From positions 62,816 to 126,815 of the forward strand of contig DATNQN010000123.1 in assembly GCA_036703985.1 (NCBI GenBank): a stretch of 64,000 nucleotides of DNA, written 5' to 3'. Every line of letters starts with the position of its first letter. Within the stretch, counting starts at the first letter, position 1. The notes under the pieces were generated by a model, which saw only the letters and a list, made by a program, of their open reading frames with translations, was not told where the DNA came from and ran no database searches. Shown here piece by piece: positions 48,521 through 57,451 of this stretch. The position numbers and the translations under genes are program-made. Origin of the DNA: Leptolyngbyaceae cyanobacterium. Lineage in GTDB: Bacteria; Cyanobacteriota; Cyanobacteriia; Cyanobacteriales; Aerosakkonemataceae.

Positions 48521-51298
48521 ATGACATCAGCGCTGTTAAACAACCGCTATCGCATCATTCAGGCGCTAGGAAAAGGTGGATTTGGCGAAACCTTTCTGGC
48601 GGAAGACACTCATATGCCTTCCCGCCGTTTGTGCGTGATTAAACAACTAAAACCCGTCATTACCAATAATCCCCAAATTTACCAAATCGTGCAAGAGCGA
48701 TTTGAACGGGAAGCGGCGATTTTAGAGCAGTTAGGGGAAGGTAATCACCAAATTCCTAAATTGTATGCTTATTTTGCTGAAAACGGACAATTCCACTTAG
48801 TACAAGAGTGGATAGAAGGGGTTACTCTGACTGAAAAATTGCAGCAAGAGGGACTAGTTGACGAGACAGTAGTTAGAGAAATTCTTTTAAGTCTTTTGCC
48901 AGTACTTGATTATATTCACAGTCGAGGAATTATTCATCGCGATATTAAACCTAGCAATATTATTTTAAGGAAGCGAGATCGCAAACCTGTTTTAATTGAT
49001 TTTGGTATTGCTAAAGAAACGATGAGTACCACAATTGACGATGCTGGAGAAATTACTAGCTCGATTGTAGTTGGTACAAAAGGTTTTATGCCACCGGAAC
49101 AAGCTGCTGGTAAACCAGTGTTTGCTAGCGATATTTATAGCTTGGGTTTAACAGCAATTTATCTGCTCACAGGGAAACGTCCCCACGAATTAGAAACCAA
49201 TTTACAAACAGGGGAAACTAGTTATAATTCAGAAACCAAAAATATTAGTTCTAACTTAGCAATTGTATTAAATAAAGCAGTGCGATCGAATCACAAAGAA
49301 CGCTATCCCACTGCCAGAGAAATGCTAGTTGCTTTAGAACCAGTCGATCGCATACACCATTCACCACAAATTAACCAATCTTCTCCTATTTTACCATCAT
49401 CTCAGTCAGCCATAACCGAAGCCCACGAAGGAGAAACAGCCACTTTCGTTACCAACGCTCAAACCAAAGCAACTACCCAAATTTCTTATACCAGACAAGA
49501 GTGCCGCAACCGCCAAATCTTACTAAACAAAGTTAAAAATTACTGGATTAAGGGAGTGTTGGAAAGTTCATTACATGGCAAAGCGCTGATTGAACTTGGT
49601 TTGGAAAAACGGTTAGATGCAGTCGAGCGTCCTTGGGGATTAGTTTGGGAAACAACAAATTCGTCCAGGCAAACTTTACCCCCCAAAACTAAGTTAATCC
49701 ACCAATTCGATAAATTAGGAGAAGGACGCACTTTACTGATATTAGGAGAACCGGGAGGCGGTAAAACAACTACGCTTCTAGAACTTGCACGAGATTTAAT
49801 AAATCGCGCTGAAGGAGATATAAATCATCCCATTCCCGTGTTGTTTAACTTATCCTCTTGGACGAATGAAAAAATAGGTTTAATCAAGAAAAAAGCCGTA
49901 GCGTCTTTTGCCGATTGGTTAGTTCAAGAACTCAATACTAAATATCAAGTTTCTCAACAAATCGGGCAAAGTTGGGTAAAAAATCAAGAATTAATTTTGA
50001 TGTTAGACGGTTTAGATGAAGTTAGTGCTAACCGTCGGGAATTGTGCGTGCAAGCCATCAATTCATTTATGCAAGAAAACGGACAAACAGAAATTGTCGT
50101 TTGTTGCAGGATCGAAGATTACGAAGCGCTGTCCAATCGTCTGAAATGTCAAGCAGCAATTGTCATTCAACCTTTAACGATCGAGCAAATTCATCAATAC
50201 TTAGCTGCTGCTGGTGATGATTTAACCGCCGTCAATCAAGCATTATCAGCAGATAGCATCCTCCAAGAGTTAGCGCGATCGCCTTTAATGCTAAGTATAA
50301 TTACTCTAGCATACCGGGGAATGTCAATCACCGAATTACCGGAAATGAATTTAGAACAACGCCGCCAACATCTATTTAACAACTATGTTAAAAGAATGTT
50401 CGAGCGGCGAACTACTAAATTTAAATATTCAAAAGAGCAAGCCATGCACTGGCTGATTTGGCTAGCAAAAAAAATGGTTGAAGATTCCCAAACAGTATTT
50501 TTAATCGAGCGAATGCAGCCAAAATGGTTATCGAATCAAATCCAAAAGCAAGTGTATTTTGTAGGTTTATTAATTGCCTTTATTATCATCGGTGGTTTAA
50601 TCGGTCAAATGCTTTTACCGATTAAAAGAGTAATTTTTTGGCTCATTCTAGTAGGAATTATTCTCAGCTATCTTTTTGGTATTAATCAAATCAATCCCGT
50701 CGAATCTCTCAAATGGTCGTGGAAAAACGCTCGCAATAACATATTGGGCAGCTTGATTATCGGGGCGCTTTTGGGATTCTTACTCAGAATTCCTTACGAA
50801 CTGATCTTTCGTCCCCAGCAGTGGCAAATATTTGCGCCTCATTTAATTCATTTTCAACTTTATTCATTAACTCGCGCCACGGTTTTTGGTATGAGCATCG
50901 GCTTAATTTTTGGCTTAGTGCGTGGCTTAACCGCTCCCTCTATTGACGAAAACGTAACAGTTCCCAATCAAGGCATTTGGCAATCCGCCAAAAACGCTTT
51001 AATTTTTGGTGTCTTGGGTTTTTTAGTATTGGGAATAGCCGCTAAAATATTAAATTGGTCTATTTTCTTTTGGGGAACTTTCGGATTATCCTTTGGCATG
51101 GTAATGGGCGGAGGAGAAGCTTGTTTAAAACACTTTATTTTACGCCTAGTCCTCTATTTTAACGGTTATATTCCTTGGAACTATGCCCGTTTTCTCGACT
51201 ATGCCAGCGAGCGCATCTTTTTGCAAAAAGTAGGTGGCGGTTATATTTTCGTTCATAGATTATTGTTAGAACATTTCGCCCAAACTCCAGAGCGTTAA
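48521..51298 (+). CDS. Hanks-type Ser/Thr protein kinase fused to a NACHT-family NTPase with a polytopic membrane region and a terminal winged-helix-like end
   Basis: Kinase: GKGGFGETFLAEDT...VIKQL, HRDIKPSNIIL, DFGIAK, GTKGFMPPEQ. NTPase: ILGEPGGGKTTTLLELA, Walker B LILMLDGLDEVS, VVCCR. About 8 TM helices, then FILRLVLYFNGYIPWNYARFLDYASERIFLQKVGGGYIFVHRLLLEHFAQ, which aligns with the C-terminus of the 43977..46136 product. Confidence 0.75.
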   Translation: MTSALLNNRYRIIQALGKGGFGETFLAEDTHMPSRRLCVIKQLKPVITNNPQIYQIVQERFEREAAILEQLGEGNHQIPKLYAYFAENGQFHLVQEWIEGVTLTEKLQQEGLVDETVVREILLSLLPVLDYIHSRGIIHRDIKPSNIILRKRDRKPVLIDFGIAKETMSTTIDDAGEITSSIVVGTKGFMPPEQAAGKPVFASDIYSLGLTAIYLLTGKRPHELETNLQTGETSYNSETKNISSNLAIVLNKAVRSNHKERYPTAREMLVALEPVDRIHHSPQINQSSPILPSSQSAITEAHEGETATFVTNAQTKATTQISYTRQECRNRQILLNKVKNYWIKGVLESSLHGKALIELGLEKRLDAVERPWGLVWETTNSSRQTLPPKTKLIHQFDKLGEGRTLLILGEPGGGKTTTLLELARDLINRAEGDINHPIPVLFNLSSWTNEKIGLIKKKAVASFADWLVQELNTKYQVSQQIGQSWVKNQELILMLDGLDEVSANRRELCVQAINSFMQENGQTEIVVCCRIEDYEALSNRLKCQAAIVIQPLTIEQIHQYLAAAGDDLTAVNQALSADSILQELARSPLMLSIITLAYRGMSITELPEMNLEQRRQHLFNNYVKRMFERRTTKFKYSKEQAMHWLIWLAKKMVEDSQTVFLIERMQPKWLSNQIQKQVYFVGLLIAFIIIGGLIGQMLLPIKRVIFWLILVGIILSYLFGINQINPVESLKWSWKNARNNILGSLIIGALLGFLLRIPYELIFRPQQWQIFAPHLIHFQLYSLTRATVFGMSIGLIFGLVRGLTAPSIDENVTVPNQGIWQSAKNALIFGVLGFLVLGIAAKILNWSIFFWGTFGLSFGMVMGGGEACLKHFILRLVLYFNGYIPWNYARFLDYASERIFLQKVGGGYIFVHRLLLEHFAQTPER

Positions 51299-51632
51299 AA
51301 ATTGAAAAAACGGATTTTTGCTGGCTCTAATGCTGACTTAAGAAAAGTAGTTTGTAATTTTCATAACAAAATGCGATCGCAATTCCTCAATAGTACTTCA
51401 GCAACCTCATGTTTTATATCAAGCCACACCCTGACAATACGAAAAATCTTCATAGCAAGTACTAGATTACAAACGACACATTGCTGAAAATCAAACAACT
51501 TTCAGTAGAAGTACTGATTTTTATGCCGAAGGGTAGAAATGTTGTTATGATGGCTGGTTACAGTAGGGTAACATCTCTCCCTACTTAGCCCAAATATTAT
51601 TTATCCGCCAGATACTCAAGGAGGATTTACCC

Positions 51633-52895
51633 TTGTCTCGTCGCTACTTGTTCACCTCCGAATCAGTAACCGAAGGTCATCCAGATAAAATCTGCGATCA
51701 AATTTCCGACAGTATTTTAGACGCCCTACTAACCCAAGACCCCTACAGCCGCGTAGCCGCAGAAGTAGTGGTCAATACAGGCTTAGTGCTAATTACTGGA
51801 GAAATTACCACCAATGCACAAGTTAATTATGTTGATATAGCTCGAAAGAAAATTGCTGAAATTGGCTATATTCATGCAGAAAACGGTTTTTCTGCCAATA
51901 GTTGTTCCGTTCTAGTTGCTTTAGACGAACAATCCCCCGATATTGCTCAAGGGGTTAACGCCGCTCAAGAAACCCGCGAACAAACTAGCGACGAGAAATT
52001 TGACTCGATTGGCGCTGGCGACCAAGGTTTAATGTTTGGGTTTGCCTGCAATGAAACACCAGAATTAATGCCATTGCCAATTAGTTTAGCTCACCGCATT
52101 TCCCGCCGATTAGCAGCAGTCAGGAAAACAGGAGAGTTGTCTTACCTGCGTCCCGACGGTAAAACTCAGGTAACCGTTGTCTACGAAAGTGGAAAACCCG
52201 TCGGCATCGATACTATTCTGGTTTCCACCCAGCATACCGCCACCATTGGCGACATTACCGAAACGGAAGCCGTCCAAGCCAAAATCAAAGAAGACCTCTG
52301 GAGTGCAGTAGTAGAACCTGTTTTTGCCGATATTGACATCAAGCCAGATGCCAACACTCGCTTTTTGGTAAACCCCACCGGCAAATTCGTCGTTGGTGGC
52401 CCTCAAGGAGACTCCGGCCTCACCGGTCGTAAAATTATTGTCGATACCTACGGTGGTTACTCCCGTCACGGTGGCGGTGCTTTCTCCGGTAAAGACCCCA
52501 CCAAAGTAGACCGTTCTGCTGCTTATGCTTGTCGTTATGCGGCTAAAAATATCGTCGCAGCAGGTTTGGCAGATAAGTGCGAAGTGCAACTCAGTTACGC
52601 CATTGGCGTAGCTCGCCCCGTCAGCATTATGGTAGATACTTTCGGAACCGGCAAAGTAGATGATTACCTATTGCTGGATTTGGTGAAAAAGCATTTTGAA
52701 CTACGTCCGGCGGGTATTATCGAAACATTTAATTTGCGTAAACTGCCAGCCGAACGGAACGGTCGTTTTTATCAAAATGTCGCCGCTTACGGTCACTTAG
52801 GACGCACGGATTTAGATTTGCCTTGGGAGAAAACCGATAAGGCATCCATATTGAGAGAAGAAGCACTAGCCGCTACTGGCGCTGCTGCTCACTAA
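51633..52895 (+). CDS. metK: S-adenosylmethionine synthetase
   Basis: TTG start with an AAGGAGG ribosome-binding site 8 nt upstream. Conserved motifs: [58 protein letters not shown]. Confidence 0.95.
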   Translation: MSRRYLFTSESVTEGHPDKICDQISDSILDALLTQDPYSRVAAEVVVNTGLVLITGEITTNAQVNYVDIARKKIAEIGYIHAENGFSANSCSVLVALDEQSPDIAQGVNAAQETREQTSDEKFDSIGAGDQGLMFGFACNETPELMPLPISLAHRISRRLAAVRKTGELSYLRPDGKTQVTVVYESGKPVGIDTILVSTQHTATIGDITETEAVQAKIKEDLWSAVVEPVFADIDIKPDANTRFLVNPTGKFVVGGPQGDSGLTGRKIIVDTYGGYSRHGGGAFSGKDPTKVDRSAAYACRYAAKNIVAAGLADKCEVQLSYAIGVARPVSIMVDTFGTGKVDDYLLLDLVKKHFELRPAGIIETFNLRKLPAERNGRFYQNVAAYGHLGRTDLDLPWEKTDKASILREEALAATGAAAH

Positions 52896-52927
52896 TCATC
52901 AGTAGAAATTATTAAATTGAAGTATAG

Positions 52928-52950
52928 GGTGAGCTTTGGCTCGCCCTTAT
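52928..52950. terminator. Hairpin AGGGTGAGC-tttg-GCTCGCCCT after metK (related hairpin AGGGTGAGC-atc-GCTCACCCT at 38769-38791 after the PRC-barrel gene)
   Basis: Stem-loop followed by a T-run immediately 3' of the metK stop. A near-identical stem sequence recurs 3' of another gene. Confidence 0.45.
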
Positions 52951-53155
52951 TTTCGTGCAAATATAGCTAGGGACTAGAGACTAGGGGCTAGGGGAAAAAG
53001 GAACTAGTAATCAGAGTTTCAGCAATTAAGAATGCCTTAACCGTCTTGACGCTTGCTATATTAATCATTAGTTATTAAATATTTTTCAGGCAAAATTGCG
53101 AGAAAAACTCATATCTCTTAAAAAAGAAACTTATGCTATCTATCTAGCTTGTGAA

Positions 53156-54370
53156 CTACCGACACTTCTCTAACGAGTAAGTGTCGGCTTCTAACTTCAC
53201 AGCCCGTTGCCCCTTTCCTTTACAGGTATTCGGTCTTACACAGGCTCCATTAGCAGGAACGGGGTTCCCTCCGTCCATATTTAATATCCGAATGCCTTCA
53301 GTTCTGATGTTTGATGCTGCATTACCATCTCTGTCGTGATGAGTGCCACAGTTCTGGCAATCCCACTCCCGGATATCGAGTGGCAATTCATCAACAATAT
53401 GGTCGCAACATGAACACTTTTTAGAACTGGGAAAAAATCGGTCAATTTCTATCAACTTACCTTCTTTACGCTCTAGTTTATAAGCCAGGAAATTAACAAA
53501 CATCCCCCAACCAACATCGGATATTGTTTTTGATAGCTTTCGGTTTCTTATCATCCCTTTAACGTTGAGATTCTCTACAACGATGACTTGGCTTTCGTCT
53601 ACCAATTTTCGGCTGAGTTTATGCAAATAATCTTGGCGGGTATTTGATACTTTTTCGTGAACCTTGGCTACAAATTTTCTGTGTCTTTCCCTAGTTTTAC
53701 TTCCCTTAGTTTTACGAGCAAGCTTCTGTTGTTTCTTCCTCAAGTTCTTTTCATGACGTTTCAAATGTTTAGGATTAGAATACTTGGTCACTTGTTCGCC
53801 GTCATGAACAATAGCAAAATCCTTCAATCCCAAATCAATACCTAGCGTCTTGTCTCCAGAACTCTCCTGAGTAGAGTCTTCTGTCTGGCACAGGATAGAA
53901 GCAAAATACTTATCTGATGAAGTCTTAGTGATTGTTACCGTCTTGATTGTCCCAATAATGTCACGGTGAAATACAGCTTTGAGTTCACCAATTTTGGGAA
54001 CAACAAGTTTATCACCTTTAACGGTGACGTTCTGGGGATATTGGATTGACTGTAACCCGTGTTTAGACTTGAATCGAGGAAACTTGGCTCTACCCTGAAA
54101 AAAGTTTGTATAAGCCTTATTAAGATTTATTGCTACGCACTGTAATACAGCAGAGTAGCAATCTTCTTTCAACCAAGGAAATTCTTTCTTGAGTTGAGGC
54201 AACATCCCTTTATAAGTTGCCATCTTTAAAGTTTTACCTGTTTCCTGGTAGTGCTGAATACAGGCGTTCAAGGCGTGATTCCAATACCAACGCGCACAAC
54301 CAAATGACTTCGATAAAGCCAACTGTTGTTCTGGGTTTGGATAGAGTCTTACCTTGACCGCTTTTAGCAC
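53156..54370 (-). CDS. tnpB: IS200/IS605-family TnpB (OrfB; RuvC-like RNA-guided nuclease with C-terminal zinc ribbon)
   Basis: N-terminal MLKAVKVRLYPNPEQQLALSKSFGCARWYWNHAL (OrfB_IS605 HTH). RuvC motifs (LGIDLGLKDFA; ...VVENLNVKGM). Zinc finger CSCCDHIVDELPLDIREWDCQNCGTHHDRDGNAASNI. No adjacent tnpA. Confidence 0.9.
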   Translation of the reverse strand: MLKAVKVRLYPNPEQQLALSKSFGCARWYWNHALNACIQHYQETGKTLKMATYKGMLPQLKKEFPWLKEDCYSAVLQCVAINLNKAYTNFFQGRAKFPRFKSKHGLQSIQYPQNVTVKGDKLVVPKIGELKAVFHRDIIGTIKTVTITKTSSDKYFASILCQTEDSTQESSGDKTLGIDLGLKDFAIVHDGEQVTKYSNPKHLKRHEKNLRKKQQKLARKTKGSKTRERHRKFVAKVHEKVSNTRQDYLHKLSRKLVDESQVIVVENLNVKGMIRNRKLSKTISDVGWGMFVNFLAYKLERKEGKLIEIDRFFPSSKKCSCCDHIVDELPLDIREWDCQNCGTHHDRDGNAASNIRTEGIRILNMDGGNPVPANGACVRPNTCKGKGQRAVKLEADTYSLEKCR

Positions 54371-54432
54371 GTTTTGTTTACCTCCTTATGGCACCTATGT
54401 TAGCATTTTCGTGATGACACTGGGTAGACATA

Positions 54433-54591
54433 ATGAAGAATGCAAGATTAAATATACGAATGTCTGAACGCAGATTAAATAAGCTACGTCAATATGCAGC
54501 AAGTAAGGATAAAACAGTGACTCAGATTGTTGAGGACTGGGTTGATAGATTACCAACTATAGAGATTGACAAAAACTCGAACACCCCATAA
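54433..54591 (+). CDS. Small ribbon-helix-helix (CopG/antitoxin-like) protein, 52 aa: MKNARLNIRMSERRLNKLRQYAASKDKTVTQIVEDWVDRL...
   Basis: Hand translation; not in the track. The beta-strand (ARLNIRMSE) plus two-helix pattern is typical of RHH proteins. Divergent from tnpB and located inside the putative IS boundaries. Confidence 0.4.
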   Translation: MKNARLNIRMSERRLNKLRQYAASKDKTVTQIVEDWVDRLPTIEIDKNSNTP

Positions 54592-54669
54592 GGGGTGCAT
54601 CTCGTTTTTGTCTGGGCATTCATCCCACGTCTCACCCGAAGGGGAGCGTGGGATGAATGCCCAATTAAG

Positions 54670-54989
54670 CTAAAGATGCAAGAGTTCCCTGGTATGCGCG
54701 ATTACTAGCTGCTAGTATAGTAGCTTATGCTTTTAGCCCAATTGATTTGATTCCAGATTTTATTCCCGTCCTTGGTTATTTAGACGATATTATTATCGTG
54801 CCGTTGGGCATTTGGCTAGTGTTGAAGATGGTTCCTCCAGCAGTTTTAGCTGAATGTCGCGAAAAAGCCCAGGCGGTAATTGGGAAGGGTAAACCAACAA
54901 ATTGGAAGGCGGCTGTAGTGATTGTGGCGATTTGGTTTTTGTTGGGAATATTAATAGCGCTGTGGATAGGAAGAATCTTGAAACGTTGA
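54670..54989 (+). pseudogene. DUF1232 (YkvA-like) membrane protein gene, 5'-truncated by the IS605-family insertion
   Basis: The frame is open from the stop at 54667-54669 ([52 protein letters not shown]...), and the conserved WYAKLLA...[21 protein letters not shown]1232 core is present. However, no start codon or N-terminal region exists before the IS hairpin. The first in-frame ATG (54747) would delete part of the conserved core. Confidence 0.5.
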
Positions 54990-55017
54990 GCCTGATTTTT
55001 CGTTCAGTTTCCAATAT

Positions 55018-55090
55018 TGTAGGCTGGGTTAAGAAATAATTGCGTAAAAAATTAATTAAATAGGAAAAAACTCAACCCAACCTACAGACT
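55018..55090. repeat. Dispersed inverted-repeat element GTAGGCTGGGTT...AACCCAACCTACAGACTT (second copy at 4909-4996 after the PatA-like gene)
   Basis: Both copies end with the identical 18-mer AACCCAACCTACAGACTT and begin with GTAGG(C/T)TGGGTT. Both lie in 3' intergenic regions. Confidence 0.6.
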
Positions 55091-55117
55091 TACACAAAGA
55101 GTAGCTATCTCAAGCTG

Positions 55118-55756
55118 TTAACTCTTTTGATTATCTTTGCCGAAAACGTACTCTTTGAGATTGGTAACTAGTTGTGATAATTCTTCGCGGTTTCTTGCAC
55201 CGAGTAGATAGCGGTAAACAAACCAAGCTGAATATCCCAAACCAATTAACTCGAAAGTTGGCCCTATGAAGGGAATGTCATTAATAGAATCGAGCAAACC
55301 TGACAATAGTTTGATACTCAGGAAAACAGCCAGAATCAAACCAACGCTAGTTAAAGGTTGCTTGTACTTGTCGAAAAACTCGCTCAGGTAATCAGGCGGG
55401 TCGTTGAAAAAGTTGGTGATTCGTCCCAAAATTAGCTGCCATTGTTCTTTTGGAGATTCTTCGGACATTTCGGTAACCAGGGGTTCCGGTTCTTTTTCTT
55501 GAACTTTAACTTCTATTTTTGGCAGTTCGGCAGTGGGTGCGGCGGGTGGTTTCGGCGTCGAAGGCGGTGGCGGTGGGGGTGCGGGTGGTTCAGCTGGAGG
55601 GGGTGGTGGAGTTACATTTACTTTTGTAGTTTCTGGTTCTTTGGCAAATGGTGCAGGTGCTTGGGCAGCTGGAGGTGTTGCTGCGGCTGGGGTTGCTTCT
55701 GGTTTGGCAGGTTCGGCTTTTGGTACATCGCTCGGAAATTTGTCTTGCATATTCAT
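55118..55756 (-). CDS. CAAD-domain (CURT1-like) membrane protein with a long Pro/Ala-rich N-terminal extension
   Basis: C-terminal LILGRITNFFNDPPDYLSEFFDKYKQPLTSVGLILAVFLSIKLLSGLLDSINDIPFIGPTFELIGLGYSAWFVYRYLL resembles the CAAD/CURT1 two-helix membrane domain. The N-terminus is PAxP-rich. Confidence 0.5.
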   Translation of the reverse strand: MNMQDKFPSDVPKAEPAKPEATPAAATPPAAQAPAPFAKEPETTKVNVTPPPPPAEPPAPPPPPPSTPKPPAAPTAELPKIEVKVQEKEPEPLVTEMSEESPKEQWQLILGRITNFFNDPPDYLSEFFDKYKQPLTSVGLILAVFLSIKLLSGLLDSINDIPFIGPTFELIGLGYSAWFVYRYLLGARNREELSQLVTNLKEYVFGKDNQKS

Positions 55757-55844
55757 TTGTTCCTGAAAATCACAACGATAGATTATTTGCTTAAGTTTAA
55801 GCTGAACTGCCTATGCTTGGTTTTGGTAAGACAAAATAGTTTGT

Positions 55845-56669
55845 TTAAGTTTTAATAATCACCTCAACGCGCCGATTTTTCTGTCTCCCAGGGGGGTTGT
55901 CAGAACCATCGGTATTATTATTGGGGGCTATTGGTTTGGTTTTACCAAATCCTTGTGTTTGCAATCGGTTAGGTGGGACTTTGAAAACATTAATCAGATA
56001 ATATTTAACGGCGGCGGCTCTGAGTTGAGATAGTTTTTGATTATAAGCGTCATCGCCTTTGCTGTCAGTGTGTCCGTGAATTAAAATGGTTGATTTACTA
56101 TAATAAGTTACTAATTGATTGAGTTTATTAAGAGTTGGTTTGGCTTGGGCGCGAACGTAGTATTTATCAAAATCAAATAATATATTTTCTGGTAAGTTAA
56201 TGCGGATGCCTTCGGTGATTTTTTCGGCTTTTAGTTCGGTAAGTGTCCGTTCTACAGTAGCACTGGTTATTTTAGTTGGTGGTGGAGTTTCTACTTCTAC
56301 CTTTGTCGGGGAAACTGGTTGATTTTCTACTTCTAGTTTCGTTGTCGGTGATGGGGTAGGTTCTGTTTCTATCTCTGTTGTGTTAGGTTTATTTTCAGTA
56401 ATGGTAGTAGAAGTAGTAGCTTCTGTTTCTATTTCTGTAGTGGTGGTAGTGGCAGGCTCGGTTTCTATTTGCGTGGTAGAACTAGTAGGCTGATTGGAAA
56501 TTTCTAAGCTAGTAGTAGCAACGGGTTGAATTTCTAATGTGCTAACTGGAACTGGTATTGCTTCAATGGTTGTTTTAGGAGATTTATTGCGAATAATCCA
56601 ATAAGCTGCTCCTGCCAGCAGTAAGGATGAAGCAACCGCTAGGTAAAATAGTTTAATTAGGTTTTTCAT
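55845..56669 (-). CDS. OmpA-family protein (N-terminal TM, Thr/Glu-rich linker, C-terminal OmpA-like peptidoglycan-binding domain)
   Basis: OmpA-C motifs (ILFDFDKYYVRAQAKPTLNKL...IHGHTDSKGDDAYNQKLSQLRAAAVKYYLI). Its start overlaps the stop of the upstream lipoprotein gene (ATGA). Confidence 0.75.
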   Translation of the reverse strand: MKNLIKLFYLAVASSLLLAGAAYWIIRNKSPKTTIEAIPVPVSTLEIQPVATTSLEISNQPTSSTTQIETEPATTTTTEIETEATTSTTITENKPNTTEIETEPTPSPTTKLEVENQPVSPTKVEVETPPPTKITSATVERTLTELKAEKITEGIRINLPENILFDFDKYYVRAQAKPTLNKLNQLVTYYSKSTILIHGHTDSKGDDAYNQKLSQLRAAAVKYYLINVFKVPPNRLQTQGFGKTKPIAPNNNTDGSDNPPGRQKNRRVEVIIKT

Positions 56670-57211
56670 TTCTGTATATGTCTTTGCACTAAAATGTCAT
56701 TAAAATATAAGTAAGGACGGGAAGGGTTACGATCGGAATAACTCTTATAATTCATACTTAGTGATAACTTACTTGCTTGAGGTGCTAATCTACCGATAAA
56801 AACGAATCTTCCTTTCATAGTAGTACCTGGTTGAACCTGAATAGTTGGATTATCAGGCGGAACTGATAAATTGTATTGATTGCGATCGTACACGTTATCT
56901 GTGAGAAACATATCATTTTGAGCATTTAGTTGGATGGCATTATTACTGCCATTAGTAATTGCCATAGTGACTATAATGCTGTCATCAGCAAAAGAAACTT
57001 GTGTCAACCTTGCTACAATTGAATCTTTATTGACTTGAAGATCGTAAGTTTGAGTTGGTGGCAGGGAATTTGTAACAATTTGTTGAGCAGATGTGCCGGA
57101 TTGTGTTGTAGTTGTGGTAGAGGTTCGCGAATTAGAAGTGCCTTGGCTTGATTGGCAGGCAACACAGGAAATTGATAGTAAGAGTAAAAAAGGTAAGAGG
57201 CGAGAGTTCAT
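56666..57211 (-). CDS. Putative lipoprotein (signal peptide plus Cys lipobox LLSISCVAC), co-transcribed with the OmpA-family gene
   Basis: N-terminal MNSRLLPFLLLLSISCVAC, a Ser/Thr-rich linker and a beta-rich C-terminal domain. Confidence 0.5.
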   Translation of the reverse strand: MNSRLLPFLLLLSISCVACQSSQGTSNSRTSTTTTTQSGTSAQQIVTNSLPPTQTYDLQVNKDSIVARLTQVSFADDSIIVTMAITNGSNNAIQLNAQNDMFLTDNVYDRNQYNLSVPPDNPTIQVQPGTTMKGRFVFIGRLAPQASKLSLSMNYKSYSDRNPSRPYLYFNDILVQRHIQK

Positions 57212-57451
57212 GCCAATGTTTGATGGAACTTGGATGAATAGATTTTAATATCGATTAGGTGGCTTTTTATCCTTATAAATACGGAAATTATGGTAAAATT
57301 TTCACGTAAAAGGTAAATCGAGATAAAATTTGCATATTTAATTAAAAAAAGAAAGAAATCAATAAAAAATAAAGAAGCGAGCTAGTATTTCTTAACTCGC
57401 TTGATTATTCGCGATCCATAGTTGTTCACACCAAGCTAATAGAAATAATAC

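Larger units (their letters stand above)
53030..54666. mobile_element. Solo IS605-family (TnpB-only) element; approximate boundaries set by a 3' hairpin (CCGACACTT...AAGTGTCGG at about 53159-53187) and a hairpin at 54613-54665 (GGGCATTCATCCCACG...CGTGGGATGAATGCCC)
   Basis: tnpB plus flanking subterminal palindromes typical of IS200/IS605 ends. The element abuts the 5'-truncated DUF1232 gene on one side and the metK terminator region on the other. Exact ends cannot be fixed without a second copy. Confidence 0.5.
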
